Of a DNA stretch of 64,000 bases, positions 1-9,619 are shown piece by piece (positions within the stretch are counted from its first letter, which is position 1; each line of letters starts with the position of its first letter). A program made the translations under genes and the position numbers. The notes beneath the pieces are model-generated. The model was not told the DNA's origin. It worked only from the letters and a program-made list of their open reading frames with translations, and did not search any database. Source of the stretch: Spirochaetales bacterium (GTDB taxonomy: Bacteria; Spirochaetota; Spirochaetia; Treponematales; UBA12059); the NCBI GenBank assembly GCA_016928955.1, contig JAFGJV010000037.1, forward strand, positions 1 to 64,000. The letters run 5' to 3'.

Positions 1-65
1 GAAACCGAGACGTTCCCTAATTTCAAAGAAGGTTGTGCTAGTCCAACGGAAGTTATCAGAATTTC

Positions 66-87
66 ACATCAAAGCTTCGTCGCACTA
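66..87 (+). repeat. Dispersed repeat copy 1 (ACATCAAAGCTTCG-TCGCACTA)
   Basis: Core shared with copies at 19862, 48485(-), 48782, 53045(-), 53144. Confidence 0.85.
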
Positions 88-103
88 CTATGGGCCAGGC
101 TTT

Positions 104-2023
104 TCACTCCAGCTTTTCTGCGTAGAGCATACCGCCTAGTTCTATTACCGAGTACCGCACTCCGTTTCTTACATATGTTCCTGAAACGGCATCAGGTCCA
201 AGGTCAAAAGGTTTGGTACCCATCCACACAACCGTTCCTCCCGAGTCAGGCACCAAGGATCGTTCAACGCCGCCAAGCATTACTCGTACCGGCCTGCCCC
301 GTTCGAGGATGACCTCTAACGGTGCGCGCTTACGCCAACTAGGTGTAAAACGGTACCGTTCCCGGGTGCTATCAAGACGCTCGTGGTACAGATCCGGCGA
401 TCCGTCGGCGTCGGCGTCCCAGGATTTTATGATTGGCTCGAGGAGGCTTTCCCGGTATTCCAGGACACCGTCGCCATCCAGGTCCAACTCGACGTAGGCG
501 GGCCTGGCGCTCCCGTCGGCGGCGCGGGTCCAGACCCTTCTGCCGTCAAAAATGCCATCTCCGTCGATATCCAGTCTCTCGTCTGCTGGAATGCCTCGAA
601 CGTAATCCGTATACCCTGAAGATCCAAAATCGTTCGTCCACCAGGCGCTTGACGGAATGCCGTCGACCAGAAACGCGGTCAGGGACACGCCATCGTTCAG
701 GGACTCGGCCTTCCACGCCTGGGCTGCCAGGGCCGTCTCGGTGGGCAGGCCCAGCCCGGCGTCTGACACCAGCCATGGGCCATCCTTCAAACCGGGAAAA
801 CGCTCAAGCTCAAGCGCTCTATAGGAAAAAGCCGCGGGACCGAATGAGTAGACACGAACGCCGCTCTGGTCGTCCACGGAAACATTGCCCGCGTAAGGCC
901 AGGTGCCAAAGGTGATGACCACGCTCGTGGTCGGCGTTATGAGCCCGAGGCTCGCGGGCGCTCCGTCCTTGAACGTCGCGTGCCGGTCCGGTATGCCGTC
1001 CTGGTTGGCGTCCAGCATCCAGGCGACCAGTTGCCCGTTCCGATACCGGGCATTTTCTTCTGCCAGGCCATCCCTGTCCGAGTCCTGGGGCAGGTCGCCT
1101 GTGAACGTGGAGAAGGCTGCAGTGAACTCCGCGCGCGCATCGTCGTCAGGCAAGAGCCGGTAGGCGTCCTCCAGGTCCGAGCGTGCCACGGGTCGCTGTG
1201 CGCTAAAGAGTTCGGCTATCATCTTGGTCGCATCTATGAGCCCATACCTGCACGCCAGGATGGATGAACGGTGACTTTCGTTGCGCAACGCCCTGAATTC
1301 GCGTATGAGCAAACGCGCCTCGTCGTCATCCGGGGCAAAGGGGGCCAAGGCCAGGAGCAGGTTCGGCTCCGCGTCCTTGAAGGCTGGAAGGAGCTTGAAG
1401 GCCAAGTCCAATATGGCGGAGTCGGCGGGGATATCCAGCCGAGGCATACCGCTTTCCAGCCACACGGTCAGGGGTCGGAGGTCGTCGGGTGAGCGTCTGA
1501 GCGCTTCGGCCACGAGTTGTCTGGCCTGGTCGCCCTGGCCCTTGGCTAGGCGGGCCAGCAATTCCGCGTATATGACATCAGCTGTCCTGGGTTTGTCTCT
1601 GAGAAAGGAGAGCGCTCCGTCCGGCTGTCGGGACCTGGCAAGAAGCGAGGCGTACAGCACTTCGGCATCCGTCCTCCGTTGGCGGGAGAAGCGCGACGCT
1701 GTCAGGCCGGACGCCAGGAGTTCCATGGCCTGGGCTCGCGGCTCCCCCAGGGACAGGGTCAGTGTGGCCCGGAGGTACGCCGCATCCGAACAGCCGGGAT
1801 CCAGGGCGAGGGCTTCGTCAAGGAGTTCCCGGGCTTCGGTGTCATAGCCCAGGCTGAGAGCCGACGCGGCTGTGTCGGCCAGGGCTTGGGCCAACAGTTC
1901 CACGCGGTCCGCCGCCGCCGGGATGTTGACGAGGACGGCAAGGACCGCGCACAGCCAACGGGTTTTACTCGCCCGTGGCCTCCGATTTGGAGACGAACCC
2001 GAACATGGTTTTGATGTCCTCAT
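104..2023 (-). CDS. Exported TPR-like protein with repeated DxDxDG (Ca-binding-like) motifs; start uncertain
   Basis: Long ORF directly downstream of ftsH; signal-like WLCAVLAVLVNIPAAA; helical N-half; DSDRDG, DANQDG, DIDGDG, DLDGDG, DADADG in C-half. Confidence 0.7.
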   Translation of the reverse strand: MRTSKPCSGSSPNRRPRASKTRWLCAVLAVLVNIPAAADRVELLAQALADTAASALSLGYDTEARELLDEALALDPGCSDAAYLRATLTLSLGEPRAQAMELLASGLTASRFSRQRRTDAEVLYASLLARSRQPDGALSFLRDKPRTADVIYAELLARLAKGQGDQARQLVAEALRRSPDDLRPLTVWLESGMPRLDIPADSAILDLAFKLLPAFKDAEPNLLLALAPFAPDDDEARLLIREFRALRNESHRSSILACRYGLIDATKMIAELFSAQRPVARSDLEDAYRLLPDDDARAEFTAAFSTFTGDLPQDSDRDGLAEENARYRNGQLVAWMLDANQDGIPDRHATFKDGAPASLGLITPTTSVVITFGTWPYAGNVSVDDQSGVRVYSFGPAAFSYRALELERFPGLKDGPWLVSDAGLGLPTETALAAQAWKAESLNDGVSLTAFLVDGIPSSAWWTNDFGSSGYTDYVRGIPADERLDIDGDGIFDGRRVWTRAADGSARPAYVELDLDGDGVLEYRESLLEPIIKSWDADADGSPDLYHERLDSTRERYRFTPSWRKRAPLEVILERGRPVRVMLGGVERSLVPDSGGTVVWMGTKPFDLGPDAVSGTYVRNGVRYSVIELGGMLYAEKLE

Positions 2024-3839
2024 CGAGCAAGGTCTCCTTCTGCATGAGTTCATCGGCGAGCCGCTCGAGCTGGTCTTTGTGCTTGGTCAAGATGTCAAAG
2101 GCGGCCTTTTTTGCCTCCTCCAATATATCGGCAACAGCGCGGTCTATCCTCTGCGCCGTTTCCTCGGAGTAGTCCTTGTGCCGCGCTATTTCCTTGCCCA
2201 GGAAGATGGGTTCGTCCTCCTGGCCGTAGGCTATGGGCCCGAGATCGGGGGCCATACCCCACTCGCAGGCCATTCGGCGGGCCAGCTCGGTGGCCTGTTT
2301 GAGGTCCTGGGCTGTCCCTGTTGTCGTCTCGCCGTACACTATGCTCTCGGCGGCGTACCCGCCATACATGATGACGATTCGGTCCCTGAGCCACGAGAGG
2401 CTCCAGGAGTGGGCGTCCTTCTCCGGAAGGGATACGGCCAGGCCGAGAGCCTTGCCGCGCGGCACGATGGTAACCTTGTGCAGGGGATCGGCTTTGGGCA
2501 AGTGGTAATGAAGGAGGGCATGGCCGGCCTCGTGGTAGGCGGTGGCCTTTTTTTCCTCCTCGGAAATGGCCATCGACGCACGGGCTATTCCCATGAGTAG
2601 TTTGTCCCTGGCATCCTCAAAGTCGCCCATGATCACGGATGTCCTGCCGTGCCGTATGGCAAACAGGGTCGCCTCGTTGACGAGATTGGCCAGATCGGCT
2701 CCGCTGGTGCCCGGAGTGGCCTTGGCCAGCTTTCTGGCATCCACGTCTGGGTCCACCGGTACCTTTGCCATGTGGATGCGGAGGATATCCTCCCGCTCCT
2801 TGACGTCGGGCATGGCGACCATCACCTGGCGGTCAAAGCGCCCGGGACGCAAGAGGGCCGGGTCCAGGACGTCCGGACGGTTGGTCGCGGCCAGGATGAT
2901 GACACCGTCTTTGGTATCAAAGCCATCCATCTCGACCAGCATCTGGTTGAGGGTCTGCTCCCGCTCATCGTGGCCGCCGCCGTATCCGGCTCCCCGGGTT
3001 CTGCCTACGGCGTCAAGCTCGTCTATAAAGATAATACAGGGAGCGCTGCGCCTACCTTGATCAAAAAGGTCCCGCACGCGGCTCGCGCCCACGCCCACGA
3101 ACATCTCGACAAAATCCGAACCGGACATGTGGAAGAACGGAACGTTGGCCTCTCCGGCAACGGCCTTGGCCAACAGGGTTTTGCCCGTTCCCGGCATGCC
3201 CACCAAGAGGACGCCCTTGGGTATGCGGGCGCCCATCTTGACGAATTTCTGGGGATTTTTGAGGTAGTCCACAACCTCGGCAAGCTCGTACTTTGCCTCC
3301 ACCTGGCCGGCCACGTCCTTGAATGTGCTCTTTTTCTCGTTCTGCTGGTAACGCTTGGCCTTGCTTTTGCCAAAACTGAAGGCTTTGTTGTTACCCTGGG
3401 TCTGCCGCATGATGACCCACAGGATGAAAAAGCCAAAAAGCCACGGCAGGATCGCCTGCACCACCCGCCAGAGGCTCGTCTGCGTCTCGACGCCTTCTAT
3501 CTCTATGCCCTTCTGGGACAGCTTGTCCAGCAGGCCCAGGTCGGCGTAGGGTATCAGGGTGGTAAACTTCTGCGTCTGGCCGGATTCCCCAACCAGCACG
3601 CCGCGTATTTGGGACTGGTCGACGATCTGAATGGAGGCCACCTGGTCGGCTTCCACATAGGCTATGAACTCGGAATAGAGTATACGGCGGCCATCGTTCT
3701 GCCCGCCGTCGAAGACGAGTATGGCCAGGGATGCCATGATCAGGGTCATGAACACTATCAGGGAAAAGCGGGAGCCCCGGGGAGGGACTTGATCGGGCTT
3801 GCGGCTTGGCTGCTTGTTGTCGTTATCGTCGGGTTGCAT
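1965..3839 (-). CDS. ftsH: ATP-dependent zinc metalloprotease FtsH
   Basis: Two TM segments, Walker A GMPGTGKT, Walker B IIFIDE, PGRFDR, HEAGH zinc motif. Confidence 0.98.
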   Translation of the reverse strand: MQPDDNDNKQPSRKPDQVPPRGSRFSLIVFMTLIMASLAILVFDGGQNDGRRILYSEFIAYVEADQVASIQIVDQSQIRGVLVGESGQTQKFTTLIPYADLGLLDKLSQKGIEIEGVETQTSLWRVVQAILPWLFGFFILWVIMRQTQGNNKAFSFGKSKAKRYQQNEKKSTFKDVAGQVEAKYELAEVVDYLKNPQKFVKMGARIPKGVLLVGMPGTGKTLLAKAVAGEANVPFFHMSGSDFVEMFVGVGASRVRDLFDQGRRSAPCIIFIDELDAVGRTRGAGYGGGHDEREQTLNQMLVEMDGFDTKDGVIILAATNRPDVLDPALLRPGRFDRQVMVAMPDVKEREDILRIHMAKVPVDPDVDARKLAKATPGTSGADLANLVNEATLFAIRHGRTSVIMGDFEDARDKLLMGIARASMAISEEEKKATAYHEAGHALLHYHLPKADPLHKVTIVPRGKALGLAVSLPEKDAHSWSLSWLRDRIVIMYGGYAAESIVYGETTTGTAQDLKQATELARRMACEWGMAPDLGPIAYGQEDEPIFLGKEIARHKDYSEETAQRIDRAVADILEEAKKAAFDILTKHKDQLERLADELMQKETLLDEDIKTMFGFVSKSEATGE

Positions 3840-5205
3840 CGTCTGGCGCGACTCCTTTCAAGTCCACTCGCAGATACTCGGTAGCGGGAAGGCTTTTTAT
3901 GCCGGGGTTATAACGCCAGACATACCTGCCTCCTGGCAAGGACAGGCCCACTATGCCGTCGCGGTCCTCCAGAATCACCGGATGGCCGCGCAGTGCAGGG
4001 GTCCGCCCGTCCCGGGCAAGGATTTTATCCAGGGCTGTGCGCCCCGCGGCTGTGCGCATGGCGTCGCCAGGTTTCCTGGACCTGATAACCAGCGGCCAGG
4101 AAAAAGCGTCGTTGCGCAGTCCTTCTGTTGCCCAGTATAGCCTACAGCGGCCGTCCGTGCCTATGACATAGTCGCCGGGAGCTGGGGCTACCAGACAGAA
4201 GTCCGGCGTGGCGGGCTCAGCGCCAAGCTCTCGGACGGTCACCTTTCGGCCGTCGCTCCGCATGACCAAACCCGAACCCTCGGCCAGGGTCAGCGGAACG
4301 CCGGCCTCCAGCTCGTCAATCCGGGCCGCAGCCGCGCTTACCAGGCGCCAGCTCAGCCGCTTGCCTTCCCATCCGGACGTGTCGGCCAGCGCGAACAGGG
4401 CTCGCTCCCGGAGCGCTCGAGGCGCCCGAGCAAGGATGTCGGCGTCTATTCCGTCACCGTCCAGAAGGGACAGCGCCATGCCGGTCAGCGCCTGGTCATC
4501 AGCCAAGGCTTTCTCGGCACCGGCCCTGAGGGCGGTCCGCCAACCGGGAAACACCTCTTCTATGACCGGCACCAGCTTGTGGCGCACCTTGTTGCGGAGA
4601 TACTCGTCGCCCGCGTTGGTCGAGTCGTCCCTCCACGACAGGCCCCTACGGCCAAGGTAGGCCTCAAGATCGCCTCGCTCCAAACCAAGGAAGGGCCGTC
4701 CGACGTGGCCCGAGTCCGGCCGGAGGCCAGCCAAGCCGGCGGACGATGAGCCGGAAAAAAATCGCATGACGAGGGTTTCCCGCGCGTCGCCGGCGTGATG
4801 GCCGGTCAACGTCATTGCCAGGCCCAGGCTTTCACGCATCTCGTCCAGGACACGCAGGCGGAAGGTCCTGGCCGCGGCTTCAAGGCCGCCCGCAAGCTTG
4901 GCTTCAGCTACTAGTCGTCCCGGCTCCGCAGCTCGCGTATGGAGCCGCATGCCCAGGGAAGCGCAGAAAGCGACGACAAAGTCGCGTTCGGCGGCCAATT
5001 CGTCCTTAGGCCGTATGCCGTGGTCAACCCAGCACGCCTGTACGGGGGCGCCGTCGGATAGGCTTGCCACGGCGGCAGCCAGGGCGCATGAATCCGCCCC
5101 GCCTGACAGGGCCACAAGGACGTTACCCGCATGGAGTCCCCGCTGGTCCAGGAAGGACCGGACAGCGGAAGGTACGGATGCTGGATCCACCATTGACATG
5201 GCCAT
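3823..5205 (-). CDS. tilS: tRNA(Ile)-lysidine synthetase
   Basis: PP-loop ALSGGADS, DHGIR, TGHH..D..ET, DSTN..YLRNKVR; adjacent to ftsH; start trimmed to ATG 5205. Confidence 0.93.
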   Translation of the reverse strand: MAMSMVDPASVPSAVRSFLDQRGLHAGNVLVALSGGADSCALAAAVASLSDGAPVQACWVDHGIRPKDELAAERDFVVAFCASLGMRLHTRAAEPGRLVAEAKLAGGLEAAARTFRLRVLDEMRESLGLAMTLTGHHAGDARETLVMRFFSGSSSAGLAGLRPDSGHVGRPFLGLERGDLEAYLGRRGLSWRDDSTNAGDEYLRNKVRHKLVPVIEEVFPGWRTALRAGAEKALADDQALTGMALSLLDGDGIDADILARAPRALRERALFALADTSGWEGKRLSWRLVSAAAARIDELEAGVPLTLAEGSGLVMRSDGRKVTVRELGAEPATPDFCLVAPAPGDYVIGTDGRCRLYWATEGLRNDAFSWPLVIRSRKPGDAMRTAAGRTALDKILARDGRTPALRGHPVILEDRDGIVGLSLPGGRYVWRYNPGIKSLPATEYLRVDLKGVAPDDATRR

Positions 5206-5223
5206 GAACCTCCGAAAACAGGA

Positions 5224-5257
5224 CGCGCCCCGCCCGGTACGTCGGGAACGGGGCGCG
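5224..5257 (-). terminator. Hairpin after rplY (possible terminator/attenuator before tilS)
   Basis: CGCGCCCCG/CGGGGCGCG 9-bp stem followed on the minus strand by TCCTGTTTT. Confidence 0.55.
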
Positions 5258-5281
5258 CGCTGGTTCTGCGGGGCTTTCGGC

Positions 5282-5923
5282 TTATTTATCCGCGGCGGGA
5301 GCGGCAGCCGGAGCGGCGGCAGCCTCGGCCTCGGGAGCCTCGGCGGTTTCGGCGGCCACTGGCTCTGCCTCGGTGCGCGCGAACTTGACCAGGGCAACGA
5401 CCTGGTCAAGCGAGCTCAGTATCTTGACCGCGGGTGCGTGGTTGATGTCGCGCACGTGGACAGAGTGGTTGGCCTGGAGCCCGGACACGTCGATCTCGAA
5501 TTTCTCGGGCATGTCATTGGGCAGGCACTCGACCTCTATTTCGTGCACGGGGTTCTCAAGAACGCCGCCCTCCCGCACGCCGACTGGGGTGCCGATCAGG
5601 TGGATGGATACCTTGGCGCGTATGGCCACGCCGCTCTCCACCTCGAAAAAGTCCACATGTTCGATGGTGCCGCGCAGCCAATTGAGCTGGCGGTCCTTGA
5701 TCATGCACTGGTAGCTGTCGGCGCCGACCTCGAGCTTTACGATGGTGCTCTCGGACACGCCCTTGGTGGCCTTGGCGAATTCGGCCGTGTCCAGGGTCAG
5801 GTGCACAATCTTGCCGTGGCGGTTGTACATGACCGCGGGGATCTTGCCCTGGCGGCGAAGGGCCTTGACATCACCCTTAGTGGAAACGGCGCGTACGCCG
5901 GCGTTCAGCACGTGCTGGCTCAT
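5282..5923 (-). CDS. rplY: 50S ribosomal protein bL25/Ctc
   Basis: LRRQGKIPAVMY, HVDF, GTPVGVREGG, acidic Ala-rich tail. Confidence 0.95.
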   Translation of the reverse strand: MSQHVLNAGVRAVSTKGDVKALRRQGKIPAVMYNRHGKIVHLTLDTAEFAKATKGVSESTIVKLEVGADSYQCMIKDRQLNWLRGTIEHVDFFEVESGVAIRAKVSIHLIGTPVGVREGGVLENPVHEIEVECLPNDMPEKFEIDVSGLQANHSVHVRDINHAPAVKILSSLDQVVALVKFARTEAEPVAAETAEAPEAEAAAAPAAAPAADK

Positions 5924-5960
5924 GGATATTCTCTCCTCGCTTGTGGCGTTGTTCTATGCG

Positions 5961-6032
5961 CTGGGACGGCAGGACTCGAACCTGCGAATGGCGGAACCAA
6001 AAACCGCTGACTTACCACTTGTCGACGTCCCA
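5961..6032 (-). tRNA. tRNA-Gln(TTG), CCA not encoded
   Basis: Reverse complement TGGGACG...GCGGT-TT-TTG-GT-TCCGC...GCAGG-TTCGAGT-CCTGC-CGTCCCA-G folds as a cloverleaf. Confidence 0.95.
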
Positions 6033-6257
6033 CTGATGCCGTCACTAGGGCACGGCGCGTCGTTTATATACCGAAACAGGGCATCGTGTCACGGGGGTAG
6101 CGCAAAAAAAACCGCGCCCGGCCGTCGGGAAGCGCCGACGGTTCCGTCGGCCCCTTGAAGACAGTCCGGCCGCCCCCGACCCGCTCCTCTGGCGGTCCGA
6201 GGTGGCCGGCCATCCCGTGCGCGGGTTCCGCTGCCCGTTCCCGGTGCGTGCCGGCCG

Positions 6258-6536
6258 CTATACCGGCAGTTCGTCGTCCGAATTGTCGCCCCTGTCATAG
6301 GCCGCAACAATGGCGTCCTGCAGCTTGGCGCGGAATTCGGGGCTTATGGGGTGGGCAATGTCCTTGTATTCGCCCGTCTTGGTTTTCCTGCTCGGCATGG
6401 CGATGAAAACACCGGTTTTGCCTTCGATGATCTTCACGTTGTGTATGACAAAGCAGTTGTCAAAGGTAACGGTGACATACGCCTTTAGCTTGCCCTCGCT
6501 CGTAACCCTGCGGATGCGGATGTCGGTGATATCCAT
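6258..6536 (-). CDS. spoVG: Septation regulator SpoVG
   Basis: [25 protein letters not shown] motifs. Confidence 0.96.
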   Translation of the reverse strand: MDITDIRIRRVTSEGKLKAYVTVTFDNCFVIHNVKIIEGKTGVFIAMPSRKTKTGEYKDIAHPISPEFRAKLQDAIVAAYDRGDNSDDELPV

Positions 6537-6578
6537 GCGGAGCCTCTCCTTGCCGATCGATGTACGGGCCAGGTAATT

Positions 6579-7466
6579 CTAAACCGACTCCGGTAGGCGC
6601 GCAAGCGGAAAGGCAGTCCACGCTGACAGGCCCACAGCCCGCGCCGACATGGCCGCGCGCGCGGCCGAATCGGCGTTCTCGAACACGCCAAAGAGCACGC
6701 TTCCCGAACCACTCATGGCCGAGAACGAGGCTCCGGCCGTCCTGAGCACGCCCATGGCCCGTTCCAGGCCCGGATACGCGCCAGACAGCACGGGATAAAA
6801 ATCGTTGCGAAAGTTCCAAAGCCCGGGCTCGTCTTTATGGTAGGATCCGACGACGCCGTCCAGCTCGGCGGCCAGTTCCCTGTCTCCCGGCCCGGCCGGC
6901 CGCTGTTCGTCCAGGCGGGCGTAGGCATCGGCCGTGGCTATGGGAAAACCCGGGTGTATCAGGGCCAGGGCGTAATCCGAACGGGGTTCCACCGGCCGAA
7001 CCAGCTCTCCCCTGCCCAACACGGCGGCGCAGGGCCCGCCCAGAAAAAAGGGAACATCGGACCCGACCTCAGCGGCGAGCCCGGCAAGGGCTTCCGGCGG
7101 CACGGCCGCTGGAAACAGGGCGGCTAGGAGCCTGAGCACGGCGGCCGCGTCGGATGAGCCGCCGCCCAGCCCCGCGCCCGAGGGTATGCGCTTTGTGGCC
7201 TGTATGGCCACGCCGCTGGGCGCCCGGCTGCCGGCGGCCTCCAGCCACAAGGCGGCCGCCCTGTACATGGTGTTGCGTTCCGGAGGGCAGTCAACGCGGC
7301 AGTCCAGCCTGATACCAGGCTCCGTATCCAGGCCTACGGTGACCGTGTCTGCCAGGGATATGGCCTGGAATACGCTGGCCAGGCCATGATAGCCATCTTT
7401 TCGCCTGGGCCCTATGGCCAGGTGGATATTGATCTTGGCGGGGGCATCTGTGCTCAGGCTGGTCAT
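6579..7466 (-). CDS. ispE: 4-diphosphocytidyl-2-C-methyl-D-erythritol kinase
   Basis: APAKINIHL, KRIPSGAGLGGGSSDAA, GSDVPFF, MSGSGS. Confidence 0.95.
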   Translation of the reverse strand: MTSLSTDAPAKINIHLAIGPRRKDGYHGLASVFQAISLADTVTVGLDTEPGIRLDCRVDCPPERNTMYRAAALWLEAAGSRAPSGVAIQATKRIPSGAGLGGGSSDAAAVLRLLAALFPAAVPPEALAGLAAEVGSDVPFFLGGPCAAVLGRGELVRPVEPRSDYALALIHPGFPIATADAYARLDEQRPAGPGDRELAAELDGVVGSYHKDEPGLWNFRNDFYPVLSGAYPGLERAMGVLRTAGASFSAMSGSGSVLFGVFENADSAARAAMSARAVGLSAWTAFPLARLPESV

Positions 7467-7560
7467 GGCGGCAGTGTAGCATGCCAAGGGCCGGCCCAGA
7501 AGGCACAAGCGACGCAAAAACGCCTCTGGGGGCAGTCTGAATTTTCCTTCACGAATATAG

Positions 7561-7590
7561 TTGACAGAGTACGAGCGTCTCTTTTAGATT
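7561..7590 (+). promoter_or_regulatory. Sigma70-like promoter for the acidic protein gene
   Basis: TTGACA-18 nt-TAGATT, upstream of SD GGAGG and ATG 7671. Confidence 0.55.
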
Positions 7591-7670
7591 TCAGCGTGCG
7601 CCAGCCACGCTGGCCCCACCGAGACCGGCACGGGCGTGCCCGCCGGCCATATCTTTAGGGAGGACCCGAC

Positions 7671-7979
7671 ATGGACCCGATACGGGAAACGGCTTTGCCG
7701 AACGACAATCTCGAGCTGGCGCTTCTGTGCGTCAGTCAAGGCGTCCAGGCTCCCGAGGTTCCTTTCGTGCGTTTCGACGACTACGATGACGACTACGAAG
7801 ACGACTTCGAGGAAGAGGACGACTTCGACGATTTCTCGGACGAGGACGACGACTTTGACGACGAGGACGACGACTTCGAGGACGAGGACGACGACTTCGA
7901 CGACGAAGAGGGCTTTGAGGAAGAGGAAGACGACTACGACTACGACGAGGACGGGGACTACAACGACTTCGACGAGTAG
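7671..7979 (+). CDS. Small, highly acidic low-complexity protein
   Basis: Own promoter, SD GGGAGG and terminator; C-terminal two-thirds Asp/Glu punctuated by Phe/Tyr. Confidence 0.75.
   Translation: MDPIRETALPNDNLELALLCVSQGVQAPEVPFVRFDDYDDDYEDDFEEEDDFDDFSDEDDDFDDEDDDFEDEDDDFDDEEGFEEEEDDYDYDEDGDYNDFDE
7839..7901 (+). repeat. 21-bp coding tandem repeat x3 (DEDDDF[DE])
   Basis: GACGAGGACGACGACTTYGAS repeated three times. Confidence 0.85.
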
Positions 7980-7997
7980 CCGGCACTCACCGCGCTG

Positions 7998-8051
7998 AAA
8001 AAAACGGCCGCCTTAAGGACCAGCTGGACCTTAAGGCGGCCGCGTGTTTTT
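7998..8051. terminator. Bidirectional intrinsic terminator
   Basis: Perfect 14-bp stem CGGCCGCCTTAAGG/CCTTAAGGCGGCCG with A-tract left and T-tract right, between convergent genes. Confidence 0.85.
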
Positions 8052-8061
8052 GGCGTGCCCG

Positions 8062-8448
8062 CTATGCCTGCCCGACTGCCTTTGGAGGGCTTTTCTGGGG
8101 TTCAACGGCCGTAACCGACGCCTCGAACCAAAGGCTCTCCAGCTCGTAGAAGGTCCTGGCGTTCTGGCTCATGATATGCACCACGAAATCCCCAAAATCC
8201 ACCAGGCACCACTCCTCGTCGTCGGCGGGCTGGGGCCGCCTGGTCGGGGCATAGCCCTGGACGCCCAGCGCCTCGTCCACGTGGCGGAGCAAACCGCGCA
8301 TGTGGGCTGTGCTGGTGGCCGTGGCTATCACAAAAAAGTCTGTCCATGCGGCCTTGCCGCCAAGGTCCAGCACCACGGTGTTGCCCCCGTTATGGTCAGC
8401 TATCACCTGGGCGCATTCAAACGCCGCGTCTCGCGCGCTAATCGACAC
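8062..8448 (-). CDS. rsfS: Ribosome silencing factor RsfS
   Basis: DFFVIATATS, WCLVDFGDFVVHIM, RTFYELESLW; GTG start after GGAGG. Confidence 0.93.
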   Translation of the reverse strand: MSISARDAAFECAQVIADHNGGNTVVLDLGGKAAWTDFFVIATATSTAHMRGLLRHVDEALGVQGYAPTRRPQPADDEEWCLVDFGDFVVHIMSQNARTFYELESLWFEASVTAVEPQKSPPKAVGQA

Positions 8449-9619
8449 AGTACCTCCCGTCAAAATCCTGCCCGAGCACCACGATAAAATCCACCGGCGC
8501 CCCGCTGCCCTCCTCCGCGCTCTCCGTTGCCACTTCCCGGCAGCGGATCACGTCGGCAACGCGGGCGGCGGCCTCTGGCTCGTCGTACACGTCTATTACG
8601 CTGGTTTTGGCCACGTCCGTGGTTGATGCGTTGGCCACCGACAGCACCTCGTAGCCGAAACTCTCAAAAATTTCCGCGGTTTTCTGCGCCAGCCCCCTGG
8701 ATGCCGTGCCGTTGAGGATTTCCAGGGTGAATACCTTGTCCTCCACAGCCGTGGCCTCCGCGTTCAGGAGGGCGTTCAGGGTCTGTTTGACGATATCCTT
8801 GGCCAGCTGGCCGTCCCAGGCCGGAAAGAGGAGCACCTGTTCCTCCACCCGCCTGTAGGTTCCGGTCAGCCTCTGGAGCACCACCCTGTCCGTGTCCATG
8901 CGGGCGAATTCCTGGAGGAGGCGCTTGAGGGAATCCCTGCCAAAGTCGCTGCGCACCTGGGACGACAGGGCGTCGAACACCTGGGGCTTGGACACGTAGT
9001 CGGAACGCTCACGCAGGCGCCTGAGCAGGGTCTGCACGATCAGCTGGCGTTGTTCCACGTGCTCGGCGTCCGAGCGTTCAGGGTCCCGGTACAGGGCAAA
9101 AAGCCTGGCCTTTGCCCCGTCCAGCACCACCGAGCCCGAGGGCAGGATGACGCGCTGTCCGTCCAGGTCCAGGTCTACGCGGTTCGGTATGAACACGGTC
9201 ACGCCGTCCAGCACGTCAACCATGCCCGAGTAGCCATCCAGGTCCATGATCAGGTAATGGTCTATCTTGGTGCCGGTCAGGCCGGCTATTTCGTTCAGGT
9301 AATCTCGGGGGTGTTCCGGCTTGTACACCGCGTCTATGCGGTCGACGCGGTTGACCGAGCTCAGGATCAGCCCCGTGTCGGCCGGTATGTCCAGCAAAGC
9401 TCCCCGCGCGTTGCCTGGATAGTACATCATCAGCTGGGTGATGATGGGCTTGCCCCCGTGCTCGACGATGATGGCCATGTTCAGGGGCCTGTCATCGTTC
9501 ACGGCCTCTTGGATGGGCTCCACCTTGAGCGCCTGGACCATGATCACGGCGAACGCGACCAGGGCCACAACGATGATTACGAGGTACAAAACGCTTTTGT
9601 CGATCAGCGCGCGGGCCAT
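8438..9619 (-). CDS. LCP (LytR-CpsA-Psr) family protein with LytR C-terminal domain
   Basis: N-terminal TM, DIPADT, VDVLDGVTV, LDGAKA, C-terminal LEILNGT...VVLGQD. Confidence 0.85.
   Translation of the reverse strand: MARALIDKSVLYLVIIVVALVAFAVIMVQALKVEPIQEAVNDDRPLNMAIIVEHGGKPIITQLMMYYPGNARGALLDIPADTGLILSSVNRVDRIDAVYKPEHPRDYLNEIAGLTGTKIDHYLIMDLDGYSGMVDVLDGVTVFIPNRVDLDLDGQRVILPSGSVVLDGAKARLFALYRDPERSDAEHVEQRQLIVQTLLRRLRERSDYVSKPQVFDALSSQVRSDFGRDSLKRLLQEFARMDTDRVVLQRLTGTYRRVEEQVLLFPAWDGQLAKDIVKQTLNALLNAEATAVEDKVFTLEILNGTASRGLAQKTAEIFESFGYEVLSVANASTTDVAKTSVIDVYDEPEAAARVADVIRCREVATESAEEGSGAPVDFIVVLGQDFDGRYCVD

Noticed and set aside
2649..3884. 411-aa plus-strand ORF and many other long antisense or off-frame ORFs (e.g. 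4898..6010, 53375..54958, 58416..59519)
   Set aside because: Shadows of well-supported genes; stop codons are scarce in GC-rich DNA and the translations have no motifs
7790..7979. GAC/GAG-rich periodic sequence as a CRISPR array or satellite
   Set aside because: No spacers; explained by Asp/Glu codons of a coding ORF
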